In this document: positions 38,053-48,379 of the stretch, in pieces
Layout of the letters: every line of letters starts with the position of its first letter
Position numbering within the stretch: the first letter of the stretch is position 1
Assembly (NCBI RefSeq): GCF_011745625.1
Contig: NW_027191467.1
Span: 124,001-188,000, forward strand
Direction: 5' to 3'
DNA from: Cladosporium halotolerans
Taxonomy: Eukaryota
Length of the DNA stretch: 64,000 nt
Notes under the pieces: model-generated
What the model saw: only the letters and a program-made list of their open reading frames with translations
Database searches by the model: none
What the model was told of the DNA's origin: nothing
Position numbers and translations under genes: made by a program

Positions 38053-40509
38053 CTAATACGGCGAGTTCACAATGTCGCTCCTCGACAAGTAACTCGCCCT
38101 GCCCTTGCTCCTCCTCGGCGTCGCGGGTGGCGCCATGATACTCTCGCGCGTAGGCCTCTGCAGCGCACGGCGCGCGACCATGTCGACCTCGTTCGGCAGC
38201 GCGACGACGATGTTCTTGTCCGAGCCGAAGCGGAAGTTGTCCGCCTTGACCTCCTCGCTGTAGCGCTTGATGCTGTACGGGTCTCTACGGCCGGCGAGAA
38301 TCTTCTTGAGCGACCAGGTGACGACAAAGGGGCCGGTGGCGGTGATGATGGTGGTTTCGTCGACGCCTTCGCCGGTGTTGAAGCGCGCGGGGGTGAAAGA
38401 CAGCGGCGCCTTGGTCTCGTGCTGGAACTGGGCGACGTGTGAGGGCGTGAGGGCCAGGCGGCGCGGCTGAGGCTTGGAGTCTTTGGCGAAAGGCTTTTCG
38501 AAACCGAGCTTGCCTTCATTCTTGCCGGACTTCTGGAGGTTGTCGATGAGGAGGAGGTAAGTGCGGGTGGTAGCGAGCACCCAGCGGCCATCGGCGGACA
38601 CATCGAGGCCGACAATTGGATCACCAAGGGCGGGCAACGCAGTCTTGGCTTGAATCCCAAGACGATCGAACATGCGAATATCGCCCTTGTTGGAAGCCAC
38701 GGCAATGTAGCCCTTGTCGGTTGTGGCGGCAGCGGAGAAGTCGTTCTTGCTGACATATTGCTTGAGCTCGGAGTCGACGAGCTTGTTGCCGGACAGACGC
38801 GGGTCGATGCGGTACAGGGCGTTCTTGGACAGACCAAGGAAGGTCTGCTCGCCAGTCATCTGCGCGAACTTGTTCTCGGGAGCGAATACGTTGACGGGGA
38901 TGTCATCGTGCACCTTCCACTCGTCCACAATCTTGCCGTACTCAAGGTCCATGCGATACAAGCTGTTGGGGTTGTCGGCATTCTGCATTACCATGTCGCG
39001 GTCTTCCATGTGAAGCATGACTTTCTTTGGTGCAAACTTCTTGCCATCAGGAGCAGCGACTTGATTGATGCTGGTCGAGAACTCGAGATGGTTGTCTGGA
39101 GTGTGCTTGAAGACGCCAATCTTGTCACCACGGACGACGAAAGAGCGGTCGACCTTAGCACCCACAGCAAGCTGGCTGTTGACATTGCCATCTTTGTCGA
39201 GGGTCTCGACCTCGTCTTCAGACTCATCCTCATCATATTCTTCGTGTCTTTGCCCAGAAGGCGCGTCTTCATATTCTTCCTCGTCTTCCTCGTCCTCTTC
39301 TCTCGCTTCAGCCTCACGCTCGTCATCTCTGGCATCTTCAATCACCAGATCGTTGAATGCATCGAGCACGTAGTCCTTCTCCGCATCCTTGATAACCTTG
39401 CCCCACTTCGCTTCATTCTGGTGCTCCCACAGCGCTTGCATCAGACCCTCCTGGAACCTCTCCTCCGTCTCGCGATCCTTGAACTTCAACAGCCAAGAGT
39501 ATGCAGAGCCATCTTCGGTGTAGTGGTTGAAGATGAAGCTGAGGTACTCGAAGTTGAAGACTGGGTTGATATCCGGGATGACCTCCTGTCCGAGCCAATC
39601 TTGCTTGCTGCCGCTGATCTGCAGCCAGTACTTCCAGTTGCCGATCTCAGAGACCTGCGAGTGCACTTGCTCATCCTGCAAGACAAAGGTGCCAGAGTTG
39701 AAGTCGAATAGGTGGAGCTCTGCATGCTCGCTGACCAGGACTTCGCGGGTCTCAGGCGCAGTACGAGATATAGGAGCTTTCGTCGGAGTCGGCTCTGCGG
39801 CCTTGACTGGTGTCTCGGCCTTCTTGCTCGATTCGCGCACCATGGCTCTCTCGTTCAGTCTCGACGGGGTGGCAGGAGAATCGATATATTGAGCAGTCGC
39901 AGAGGTCGGTGAGGTTTCTATCGGTGATCGGACGCTCGGACTCGGCGTAGGGCTCGCTTCAGGTATCGCGGGCTCGTCCTCGAACTCGAACTCCCTCAGG
40001 TCGTCCTCGGTGGCTTGCTGGTGTGACTGCCTGTACTTGCGCTCGAACTGGCACTGCGTAGCGACGAGCTCGAAACTTGCAGCAGTTTCTGGCCGTGTAG
40101 AAGCGTCGCAGACAAACTCAAAAAGATCGCCGTGGTCGCCGCTGAGGTCCTTCCAGGCTACAATCGTCTCCCCAGTCTCTCTCAGATCCACTCGCAGGCG
40201 CAAGTCTTCGTCGAGCGGAAAGATCCTCTCGTCCTTATCCGAAGCAGCTCCTTCGCCAGTGCCTTCCTCTCCACCTTCTTCGTCAAGCTCGGCTTCACCC
40301 TCCTCGTAGGCGCGCTGGATGACAAGCTGGTACTGGAACTCCTGCCCCGTGCGGCGGATGAAGGCAGCGGAATCCTTGAAGATGAGCGCGCTGTAGCCCT
40401 TGATAGAGTGCGGACGGACGATGTAGAGCTGGCCCTGCGGAAGCTCGACGATGTTCTCTTTGCTGGCGTCGCCGAAGAGGTACTTGGAAAGGGATTTTAT
40501 CGCAAACAT
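38053..40509 (-). CDS. VID27: Vacuolar import and degradation protein 27
   Basis: MFAIKSLSKYLFG, LPQGQLYIVRP, FQYQLVIQRAYEEGE, NSQLAVG..DRSFVVRG, MDLEYGKIVDEW, AKTALPALGDPI, IVNSPY. Confidence 0.92.
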   Translation of the reverse strand: MFAIKSLSKYLFGDASKENIVELPQGQLYIVRPHSIKGYSALIFKDSAAFIRRTGQEFQYQLVIQRAYEEGEAELDEEGGEEGTGEGAASDKDERIFPLDEDLRLRVDLRETGETIVAWKDLSGDHGDLFEFVCDASTRPETAASFELVATQCQFERKYRQSHQQATEDDLREFEFEDEPAIPEASPTPSPSVRSPIETSPTSATAQYIDSPATPSRLNERAMVRESSKKAETPVKAAEPTPTKAPISRTAPETREVLVSEHAELHLFDFNSGTFVLQDEQVHSQVSEIGNWKYWLQISGSKQDWLGQEVIPDINPVFNFEYLSFIFNHYTEDGSAYSWLLKFKDRETEERFQEGLMQALWEHQNEAKWGKVIKDAEKDYVLDAFNDLVIEDARDDEREAEAREEDEEDEEEYEDAPSGQRHEEYDEDESEDEVETLDKDGNVNSQLAVGAKVDRSFVVRGDKIGVFKHTPDNHLEFSTSINQVAAPDGKKFAPKKVMLHMEDRDMVMQNADNPNSLYRMDLEYGKIVDEWKVHDDIPVNVFAPENKFAQMTGEQTFLGLSKNALYRIDPRLSGNKLVDSELKQYVSKNDFSAAATTDKGYIAVASNKGDIRMFDRLGIQAKTALPALGDPIVGLDVSADGRWVLATTRTYLLLIDNLQKSGKNEGKLGFEKPFAKDSKPQPRRLALTPSHVAQFQHETKAPLSFTPARFNTGEGVDETTIITATGPFVVTWSLKKILAGRRDPYSIKRYSEEVKADNFRFGSDKNIVVALPNEVDMVARRALQRPTRESIMAPPATPRRSKGRASYLSRSDIVNSPY

Positions 40510-40817
40510 GGTTCCAGCTGGAAAGGTGGGCGGGCGGTGGGTGTTTCGTTTCGGATGCTTCCCGTGTATTTTGATTTGCCCCGCGCCGCCGCCTTGTGAC
40601 GTGCAGCTGGACGCCACTTTCAGGAAACCCTGCTGCTGCCTGCAGGTCATGTGATTGTCGGGCGCCGATCGATTCACTTCAAGACATGGTTCACTCGCGA
40701 AGTAGCCAAAGGCAGTGAAGGATAGCAAATACAAAGCTCTCGATTGGCTCGTTTTCTGGGTATCGCACACATTGTCTAATTACTTTTGTCCACGCATACG
40801 CGCTCCGTCAAAAGTCG

Positions 40818-42722
40818 CTAAGCGGTTTCACCCACGCTTCTGGCCAATGTCCACATGTTCTCCATGCCGCTCCTGCGCAGAACCTCCCTAGCCTCACCAT
40901 CTGTCTCACAGACACGTGAGTACCAGCGCTTGAACCTCTTCGCTCGCTCCACACCTTCCCAGACCAACTGACACTTGTTGCCGCTTAGGTCTTTCAGATT
41001 GCCATCATCGGTCATCGGGTTGAGCCATGAATCACGTGCTGTGCTCTGCTTGCTCTCCTTACCATCCGCTGGGCCAGTGAAAGTCGTAGGCGTTGTGGCG
41101 GAAAGTGGCAGCGTGTTCTCAGACCATTTGATGCGATTCAGCATCAGCTTCTTGTAATTCTTGATGCTGTGCGCACCGCCTTCCACAATGACCAGATTCA
41201 TGGTCGGATGTAGCGCCACAATACCCATGAGGGCATTCTGTTTGGCGTTGATGTCGACCTGGTAGCGGTGTTTGCCGGAGCTGAGGTTGTCAACACGGAA
41301 GACGCAGACATGGACCCCCTTCGCCTCGTCCGCTTCTTGCTGTTGCTGCAGCTTCTCCGCGCGTTGCTCCTTAGTGAGCTTGCGGTCCTCGTTGGCTGCT
41401 TCATGGTCGTGTAGTCGTTGTGCGATCTCGCGATTGACGCGAGCTTCGACCGCAGTCGGGTCCTTGACGGCTTGCTCACCGAGAACACGCATCATGTTAC
41501 TCTTCTTGACCTTCGGCGGAGGTGGCTCCACAAGACCCAGGCGAATCTTGGCCTGCTCTTCCTTCATGTCGGCCATGCGGCGTTGACGGCGAACCTTCTT
41601 CTGCTCCTTCTTCGTGAGCATCATGGGCTTTGCCGCCGGCTGGAAGGCTTCTTGTGGCGCTTTGAGTAGTACAGGGTGCTGTACATAGATCGTGATAATG
41701 GTGTCGTCGGATTCGATGCGGTTGCGGCCAGGCTTGTCCCAATCCTCATACGTGTTCTGCTCTGGCGGAAGTAAACCCTCGTCCCACCATTCCACATCAG
41801 GAGGCGCCTCAACAAGGAACGCCTTATCGCCTGCCTCCTCGATCTCTGTCTTCCTTGTCTCCATTGCAATCCGCTTCTTCATTTCCTCCATCCTAGCCTG
41901 CTGCTTCAAAGCATTCGCCTGTGCAATAAACTTACCCTTTTGATTGAACATCAATTCTCTGCTCTTCCGCTCGCCACCCTTTCGCGAAACCAGTGAAGGA
42001 TCGTAGATCTCATCGTCAAACTTCTCCTCTTCATCCTGCTGAGCCGTCGGCAGGTACGGATTGACCTTGACCGCTTGCTGGTTTCCCTTCGTGGTGCTGA
42101 ACTTAGGGCCTTGCTGTGATTTAGTCCTCGACGGCGCCGCCAAATCTCCCATGAGTGACGGGTGCAACCCAATTCCCAGTCCTCCGCGTGCTCCCTTCCC
42201 ATCCTGCCTAGGTTGTGGTGCGGGAACTGCTGGAGACGCTGGTTTCCTGGACGCCAATTCAGCTGCTCTCCTCCGTGCCTCCTCTCTCTGCTCCGCAAGC
42301 CGCGCTGCCATTTCGTTTCCGGGAGATTGAACTGGAGGAGGCGCACCAGGGCCTCCTGTCGCTGGTGACCCTGACGACCGTCCCCTAGTTGCTGCGATCC
42401 TTGCCTTTGCTTCCTCCAGCTTCCTCATGGTCGCCGCCTTTTTTGCAGCCGCGTCGTCAATTCCGCTCATTGCTGGAGGAGGGCTCGGCGCTGCTGATGA
42501 CGCTGGTATTCGGTGCGGCAAGGGCGCTTGTGCTGGTGTCGCGGGCGATCCATTAGATTGTCCGCCAGTCATTCTGGCCTTCAAGGCAGCGATTCTCGCC
42601 ATGGCTTCTGCCTTCTTGCGCTCCACATCGCTCTGCGCTGGCGCGGGCGATCCATCGTTGGAGCGCACTCGCTTTTGATCGCCGTCCGCGTCCGCACCAT
42701 CATACGGTCGCTTACCCGTCAT
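40818..42722 (-). CDS. PRP3: U4/U6 snRNP protein Prp3
   Basis: PPDVEWWD, ITIYVQHPV, LTKKEQKKVRRQRR, KIRLGL..PPPKVKKSNMMRVLG..DPTAVE, NAKQ..IVEGG, CQLVWEG. Confidence 0.95.
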   Translation of the reverse strand: MTGKRPYDGADADGDQKRVRSNDGSPAPAQSDVERKKAEAMARIAALKARMTGGQSNGSPATPAQAPLPHRIPASSAAPSPPPAMSGIDDAAAKKAATMRKLEEAKARIAATRGRSSGSPATGGPGAPPPVQSPGNEMAARLAEQREEARRRAAELASRKPASPAVPAPQPRQDGKGARGGLGIGLHPSLMGDLAAPSRTKSQQGPKFSTTKGNQQAVKVNPYLPTAQQDEEEKFDDEIYDPSLVSRKGGERKSRELMFNQKGKFIAQANALKQQARMEEMKKRIAMETRKTEIEEAGDKAFLVEAPPDVEWWDEGLLPPEQNTYEDWDKPGRNRIESDDTIITIYVQHPVLLKAPQEAFQPAAKPMMLTKKEQKKVRRQRRMADMKEEQAKIRLGLVEPPPPKVKKSNMMRVLGEQAVKDPTAVEARVNREIAQRLHDHEAANEDRKLTKEQRAEKLQQQQEADEAKGVHVCVFRVDNLSSGKHRYQVDINAKQNALMGIVALHPTMNLVIVEGGAHSIKNYKKLMLNRIKWSENTLPLSATTPTTFTGPADGKESKQSTARDSWLNPMTDDGNLKDLSGNKCQLVWEGVERAKRFKRWYSRVCETDGEAREVLRRSGMENMWTLARSVGETA

Positions 42723-43015
42723 GGCGGCGGTCGATGTGGTGCAGAAAAGTTGGTGTTGCGCGCGGAGGCACGGTGTTTGTCGCAGTTGATGTCACGCTCC
42801 GTCTCCGAACATTTGAAGCTTTGGCAAGGCCGGCGAGGCAAGCGCCTGCAGCCTGCAGCTCGCTGGCGCGCCGCGGCTCGGCTGTTCCCGCGCGCTCCGG
42901 AGAAGCTTTCAAGAAAAAGAAGTTCGTCTCGAAGCCTTCCAGCTGCTGCTAGTGCAGTTCCACCAGGAAACAATTGTGCAGTGTACGGTGAGGTGCACTC
43001 GTCAATCAGCACAAA
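42723..43015. promoter_or_regulatory. Compact bidirectional promoter between PRP3 and RPA190
   Basis: Divergent start codons 293 bp apart; region rich in CGCG. Confidence 0.6.
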
Positions 43016-46000
43016 ATGAACATCTCACAGCCCGTGGGCAGCCAGATCGCTGGCGTGTCCTTCGGCTTCTTGGGCTCCAAGGACATTCGCGCCTTGTCTG
43101 CGAAGCGCATCACGACCGCAACCACTTTCGATACCCTCCTCAACCCGGTGCCGGGCGGTCTCTACACTCCTGAACTTGGTCAATTCGCCGACAACAATTG
43201 CGCGACATGTGGTCTCAAGACGCCGCAATGTCCCGGTCACTGTGGACACATCGAAATGCCCGTTCCTTGCTACCACCCGACTTTCATGGACCAGGTGCTC
43301 CGGCTGCTGAGAGCGTCTTGCATTTACTGCGGCAAGCTCAAGATGAGCCGTGTGCATGTTAACCGCTTCTCATGCAAGCTTAGACTGGTGCAATATGGCC
43401 TGATCAAGGAACTGGCTGATCTGGACGACCTCACCATTCAGATGGCGACCAATGGCAAAGCGAAGACTGCCACTACCGGAAGCTCAGATGAGGACGACGA
43501 CGAGATGTCTGGAGATGCAAAGGAGGTTGTGGAAACCCGCGACCGCTTTGTGAAGAAGGCCATTAAGAAAGCGCGGGAGGAAGGAAGGTTGACCACGCAC
43601 AAAACGGAAGCCTTGACAAACGCGCGGAGGTTGATCATTCAGGAATTTATGGGCACAATCACCAAGGGCGTCAAGTGCTCAAATTGCCAGGGCATCAACC
43701 ACGGTTACCGTAAGGATCGTTTCGTCAAAATTTTCCGCAAGCCTCTGAAGAAGGAGCACCGGAATAAGATGATCCAGTCAGGCCTCAAGGCTAAGGACCC
43801 CGTCGTTGCCATGTACAAGAAGCAGAAGGCGGAGAAGGAGTCAAGTAGGAAAAGAAAGAGGGACGCGGATGAGGGCATCGCGGACATGGGTGGCTCATCA
43901 GAAGAGGAGGAGGAGGAAAGCGAAGGTGAAGTCGGAATCGCGGGTGGCGACATGATGGACACCGGTGCCATGGAAAGCAGCGGCTCGAAAACTGCAGCGG
44001 ACGAGACAGAGGTCTATCTCAATCAGAGCCGAGTGTACGCTCAGCTGGAGCAGCTTTTCGAGAACGAGCCCGAGATCATGGGGCTTGTGTACGGTGCCGA
44101 CGCCAAAAAGGGTACCTCCGCTGGTATCTCAGCTGAGATGTTCTTCATGAAGGACATTCTGGTACCACCCAACAGATTCCGTCCCGAAGCGCGCACCGGA
44201 AATGACGAGATTGCTGAAGCGCAAGAGAACACCCTTTACAAGAACATCCTCAACCTCTGCGATGTCCTCACACAGATTCAGCGCGAGCTCTCAGGATCGA
44301 AAGAACGCGATGAGAGGTACCGCGCCAGGACGTACGCCGATTTTGAAAACACATGGGCACAGCTTCAAGATGCAGTGAACAGTCTGGTCGATCGCGACCG
44401 TAACCCTGTCCAGGGTGCGGCCGGCAAGCGTAACGCAGACGGTATCAAGCAGAAGCTCGAGAAGAAGGAGGGTATGTTCAGAAAGTACATGATGGGAAAG
44501 CGTGTCAACTTTGCCGCAAGAACGGTTATCTCGCCCGACCCTAACATCGAGACAAACGAAATTGGTGTCCCGCCCGTTTTCGCCATCAAGCTCACATACC
44601 CGGAGCCGGTCACCGTCTGGAACGTTGAGGAGCTTCAGGAGGCCGTTCGCAATGGTCCTCATGTCTGGCCAGGTGCCGTGGCCATTGAGAGCGAGAGCGG
44701 TCAGGTCATCAACCTTGAGCGCAAGAACGCGGAGGAGCGTACTGCTCTGGCAAACCAGCTGCTCGCGCCCTCGTCGAGCACTCGCGGCACACGACCCAAG
44801 AAGGTGCACCGTCATCTGAACAACGGTGACGTTGTCATCATGAACCGTCAGCCAACACTCCACAAGCCTTCCATGATGTGCCACAGAGCGAGAGTCCTGC
44901 CCGGAGAAAAGACCCTGCGAATGCACTACGCCAATTGCAACACTTACAACGCCGATTTCGACGGTGACGAGATGAACATGCACTTCCCCCAGAACGAGAT
45001 TGCTCGCGCAGAGGCGCTTAGTATCGCTGACACCGACCACCAATATCTTTCTGGCACTGCTGGTAACCCTCTGAGAGGTCTGATTCAGGATCACATTACC
45101 ATGGGTGTATGGCTCTCGAACCGCGACACATTCTTCAACCGCGAGGATTACATGCAGCTTCTATACGCTGCTCTCAGGCCCGAGAATGGACACTGCGCGA
45201 CGGGCAGGGTGGAGACTGTGCCCCCAGCTATCATCAAGCCTAGGCCGCTGTGGACTGGCAAACAGGTTGTTTCCTCTGTCTTGAAGAACATCACTCCCCC
45301 TGACCACCAAGGCCTCAGCATGACTGGCGCTTCCACAACTCCCAAGAAGCTGTGGGGCGAGAACTCTGAGGAGGGTGTCGTCATCTTCAAGGATGGCGAG
45401 CTCATGCAAGGTGTGCTTGACAAGAAGCAGCTCGGTCCCTCAAGTGGTGGTGTGGTCAACAGTGTCTACGAAGCTTACGGTCACACCGTTGCTGGACGCC
45501 TTCTCAGTGTCATGGGTCGTCTTCTGACAAAGCTCTTGCACATGCGTGCACACTCCTGTGGTGTTGAAGACCTGATCTTTACGCAGAACGGTGAGGACAT
45601 GCGAAGAGACGCACTCTCTGGCGCTGCTAGTGTCGGTATGGAAGTCGCGGCGAAGTATGTCTCCCTTGAGAACGAAAAGCCGACAAGCGAGAACCGCGAA
45701 TTGAAGCGTCGTCTGGAAGACGTGATGCGTGATGATGAGAAGCAGCAGGGTCTCGATCAGCTCACAAACTCCCGCACACGAGAACTCTCCTCTAAGGTCA
45801 CACAGGCTTGTTTGCCCGCTGCCCTTACCAAGCCCTTCCCTAAGAACCAGATGCAGCTTATGACTTCGTCCGGTGCCAAGGGTAGTGGTGTCAACGCCAA
45901 CCAGATTTCTTGCAACCTGGGCCAGCAGGTTTTGGAAGGTCGCAGAGTTCCTGTCATGGTTTCAGGAAAGACGCTGCCTTGCTTCAAGCCTTTCGAGTCT

Positions 46001-48151
46001 TCTGTCCGCGCTGGTGGTTACATTGTCGACCGTTTCTTGACCGGTGTGCGGCCCCAGGAGTTCTACTTCCACGCTATGGCTGGTCGAGAAGGTCTGATTG
46101 ATACCGCCGTCAAGACTTCGCGTTCCGGTTACCTGCAGCGCTGCGTTATCAAGGGTATGGAAGGTCTCAAGGTCGAGTACGACACATCTGTCCGTGATGC
46201 GGACGGCTCCGTCGTGCAGTTCCTCTATGGTGAGGACGGTCTCGACGTCTGCAAGGCCAAGTACCTCGATAACTTCAAGTTCGCCGCCGACAACTACATG
46301 AGTCTGTTCCAAGGCCTGAACATGGCCGACGACTTCGAGAAGATTGTCTCCAAGGACGCTCAGGAATACACCAAGACCGCAGAGAAGAAGTACCGCAAGA
46401 CTGGTGATCTGGGTGCCAGCGACCCGGCGCTCGCTATCTACGCCCCTGGTGTTCACGCTGGTGCCATGAGCGAGAGGATGTTCTCCGCTCAGCGCGATTA
46501 CGTCGACAAGAACCCGGACAAGCTGATCAAGGACAAGAAGCAGAACATCGAGGGCACTGTCTCGAAGAAGACTTTCCAGTCCATCAACGACATCCGTTAC
46601 CTGCGCTCTGTGGTCGAGCCTGGTGAGGCTGTCGGTGTGGTTGCTGGCCAGTCGATCGGTGAGCCCTCGACTCAGATGACGCTCAACACTTTCCATTTGG
46701 CTGGTCACGCTGCAAAGAACGTCACGCTCGGTATTCCCCGTCTGCGTGAGCTTGTCATGACTGCCGCTGCCAACATCGCAACTCCTACAATGACGCTCAG
46801 GCTCAACGAGGAGATCAGCGTGGAGGATGCGAAGAAGTTTGCTAAGGGTATCAGCAAGCTCAGCATGGCTGAGGTTCTCGATCAAGTCTCTGTCACCGAG
46901 TCCACCGGTCCTGGTACTGCCTACGATGAGGCCAAGACGTACCGCGTCAAGCTCGACTTCTTCCCCAAGGAGGAGTACCTGAGGGAATATGCTATCACTT
47001 CCGAAGACGTCGTTGCTACGATCGAGCACCGCTTCCTCCCTAAGCTGCAAGCTATGACCCGCAAGGAGCTGAAGAAGCGTGGTGACGAGCGTAAGCTCAA
47101 GGCCTCCGCGAAGAGCGACGCTGTTCCGGAGATCGGCAAGTCTGCCGGTACCGTCGAGCAGGAGAGTGGCCGCGGCGAGGCTGAGCGCGAGGGTGGAGAC
47201 GATGACTCGGATGCCGAGGGCGACGACGATGCCACCCGTGACAAGGCCAAGAACAACCGCCAGCAAGCCGGTTACGAGGCGCAAGAGGACGACGAGGAGA
47301 ACATCATCGCTGCTCGTGCCCAACAGCGCGACGCAACCCCCGAGGCCGACGAACCTTCCGAGGACGAGACCTACGGTGGCAGCCCGCGCTCCAGCCCCGA
47401 GCCCGACTCCGGCAAGAACTACAAGTCGCTCGCCAAGGACCGCGAGAACCGCATCAAGGGCGGCAAGGCCACCAACGATGTCGTCGCCTTCAGCTTCGAC
47501 GACCGCACTGGCGCCACCTGCTCCTTCACCATGGAGTACGACGCCAACACCGCCAAGGTCCTCATGCTCCACCTCATCGAAGTCTGCGCCCGCCAATCCC
47601 TCGTGCAGTCCGTCCCCGGCCTGGCCACCTGCGTCGTCGACGACGAAGCGACCTCCAAGACCAAGATCCCGCACGTCCTCACCGCCGGCGTCAACCTCAA
47701 AGCCATGTGGGACTACCAGCACATCATCCACCCGCACTACCTGTACACGAACAGCATCTCGCACATCCTCACGCACTACGGCGTCGAGGCCGCGCGCGGC
47801 GCCATCGTGCGCGAGCTGCAGGGCGTCTTCGGCGGCCACGGCATCAGCGTCGACCCCCGCCACCTCACCCTCATCGCCGACTACATGACGCGCGACGGCG
47901 TCTACCAGGCCTTCAACCGCATGGGCTACCGCGGCAACGCCAGCCCGTTCATGAAGATGAGCTTCGAGACCACGCTGGCGTTCTTGCGCGATGCGGTCAC
48001 CGAGGGTGATGTCGACGATCTTACGAACCCTAGCGCGAGGATTGTGGCTGGTAGGGTCGGCAAGATGGGTACGGGCGGCTTTGATGTGCTGATGCCGTTG
48101 ACTGAGGCGGAGGGGATGGATGGCGATGGGGATGTGGAGATGGAGGGATGA
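43016..48151 (+). CDS. RPA190: RNA polymerase I largest subunit, intronless
   Basis: MNISQPV, CPGHCGHIE, KKEGMFRKYMMGKRVNFAAR, NRQPTLHKPSMMCH, catalytic YNADFDGDEMN, AGHAAKNVTLGIPRLRE, KMSFETT. Confidence 0.98.
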   Translation: MNISQPVGSQIAGVSFGFLGSKDIRALSAKRITTATTFDTLLNPVPGGLYTPELGQFADNNCATCGLKTPQCPGHCGHIEMPVPCYHPTFMDQVLRLLRASCIYCGKLKMSRVHVNRFSCKLRLVQYGLIKELADLDDLTIQMATNGKAKTATTGSSDEDDDEMSGDAKEVVETRDRFVKKAIKKAREEGRLTTHKTEALTNARRLIIQEFMGTITKGVKCSNCQGINHGYRKDRFVKIFRKPLKKEHRNKMIQSGLKAKDPVVAMYKKQKAEKESSRKRKRDADEGIADMGGSSEEEEEESEGEVGIAGGDMMDTGAMESSGSKTAADETEVYLNQSRVYAQLEQLFENEPEIMGLVYGADAKKGTSAGISAEMFFMKDILVPPNRFRPEARTGNDEIAEAQENTLYKNILNLCDVLTQIQRELSGSKERDERYRARTYADFENTWAQLQDAVNSLVDRDRNPVQGAAGKRNADGIKQKLEKKEGMFRKYMMGKRVNFAARTVISPDPNIETNEIGVPPVFAIKLTYPEPVTVWNVEELQEAVRNGPHVWPGAVAIESESGQVINLERKNAEERTALANQLLAPSSSTRGTRPKKVHRHLNNGDVVIMNRQPTLHKPSMMCHRARVLPGEKTLRMHYANCNTYNADFDGDEMNMHFPQNEIARAEALSIADTDHQYLSGTAGNPLRGLIQDHITMGVWLSNRDTFFNREDYMQLLYAALRPENGHCATGRVETVPPAIIKPRPLWTGKQVVSSVLKNITPPDHQGLSMTGASTTPKKLWGENSEEGVVIFKDGELMQGVLDKKQLGPSSGGVVNSVYEAYGHTVAGRLLSVMGRLLTKLLHMRAHSCGVEDLIFTQNGEDMRRDALSGAASVGMEVAAKYVSLENEKPTSENRELKRRLEDVMRDDEKQQGLDQLTNSRTRELSSKVTQACLPAALTKPFPKNQMQLMTSSGAKGSGVNANQISCNLGQQVLEGRRVPVMVSGKTLPCFKPFESSVRAGGYIVDRFLTGVRPQEFYFHAMAGREGLIDTAVKTSRSGYLQRCVIKGMEGLKVEYDTSVRDADGSVVQFLYGEDGLDVCKAKYLDNFKFAADNYMSLFQGLNMADDFEKIVSKDAQEYTKTAEKKYRKTGDLGASDPALAIYAPGVHAGAMSERMFSAQRDYVDKNPDKLIKDKKQNIEGTVSKKTFQSINDIRYLRSVVEPGEAVGVVAGQSIGEPSTQMTLNTFHLAGHAAKNVTLGIPRLRELVMTAAANIATPTMTLRLNEEISVEDAKKFAKGISKLSMAEVLDQVSVTESTGPGTAYDEAKTYRVKLDFFPKEEYLREYAITSEDVVATIEHRFLPKLQAMTRKELKKRGDERKLKASAKSDAVPEIGKSAGTVEQESGRGEAEREGGDDDSDAEGDDDATRDKAKNNRQQAGYEAQEDDEENIIAARAQQRDATPEADEPSEDETYGGSPRSSPEPDSGKNYKSLAKDRENRIKGGKATNDVVAFSFDDRTGATCSFTMEYDANTAKVLMLHLIEVCARQSLVQSVPGLATCVVDDEATSKTKIPHVLTAGVNLKAMWDYQHIIHPHYLYTNSISHILTHYGVEAARGAIVRELQGVFGGHGISVDPRHLTLIADYMTRDGVYQAFNRMGYRGNASPFMKMSFETTLAFLRDAVTEGDVDDLTNPSARIVAGRVGKMGTGGFDVLMPLTEAEGMDGDGDVEMEG

Positions 48152-48379
48152 TTGTAGGATTTTTTCGGCTTGACTAATTTGTTGCACGGGTTATGCGTAG
48201 GCGCTATATCTTGTACGGTTTATATCTTAAATGGGAAAGAAAAGTGATTTGTCTTGTTTTATTGAATTCTTGCTTCCATTTCGTGGAGACGAGCTACTCG
48301 CATTTATGTGCAGTGAGCATTCAGCTAGCGATCCGTTGTACACTGTTCACTGGGAAATCATGTCACCATTCCGTCGTGA

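Noticed and set aside
45962..48187. 741-aa antisense ORF over RPA190
   Set aside because: Shadow ORF caused by strong codon bias on the sense strand; no domain. The same applies to antisense ORFs over VID27, EXO5, Mpv17, THI4 and the histones.
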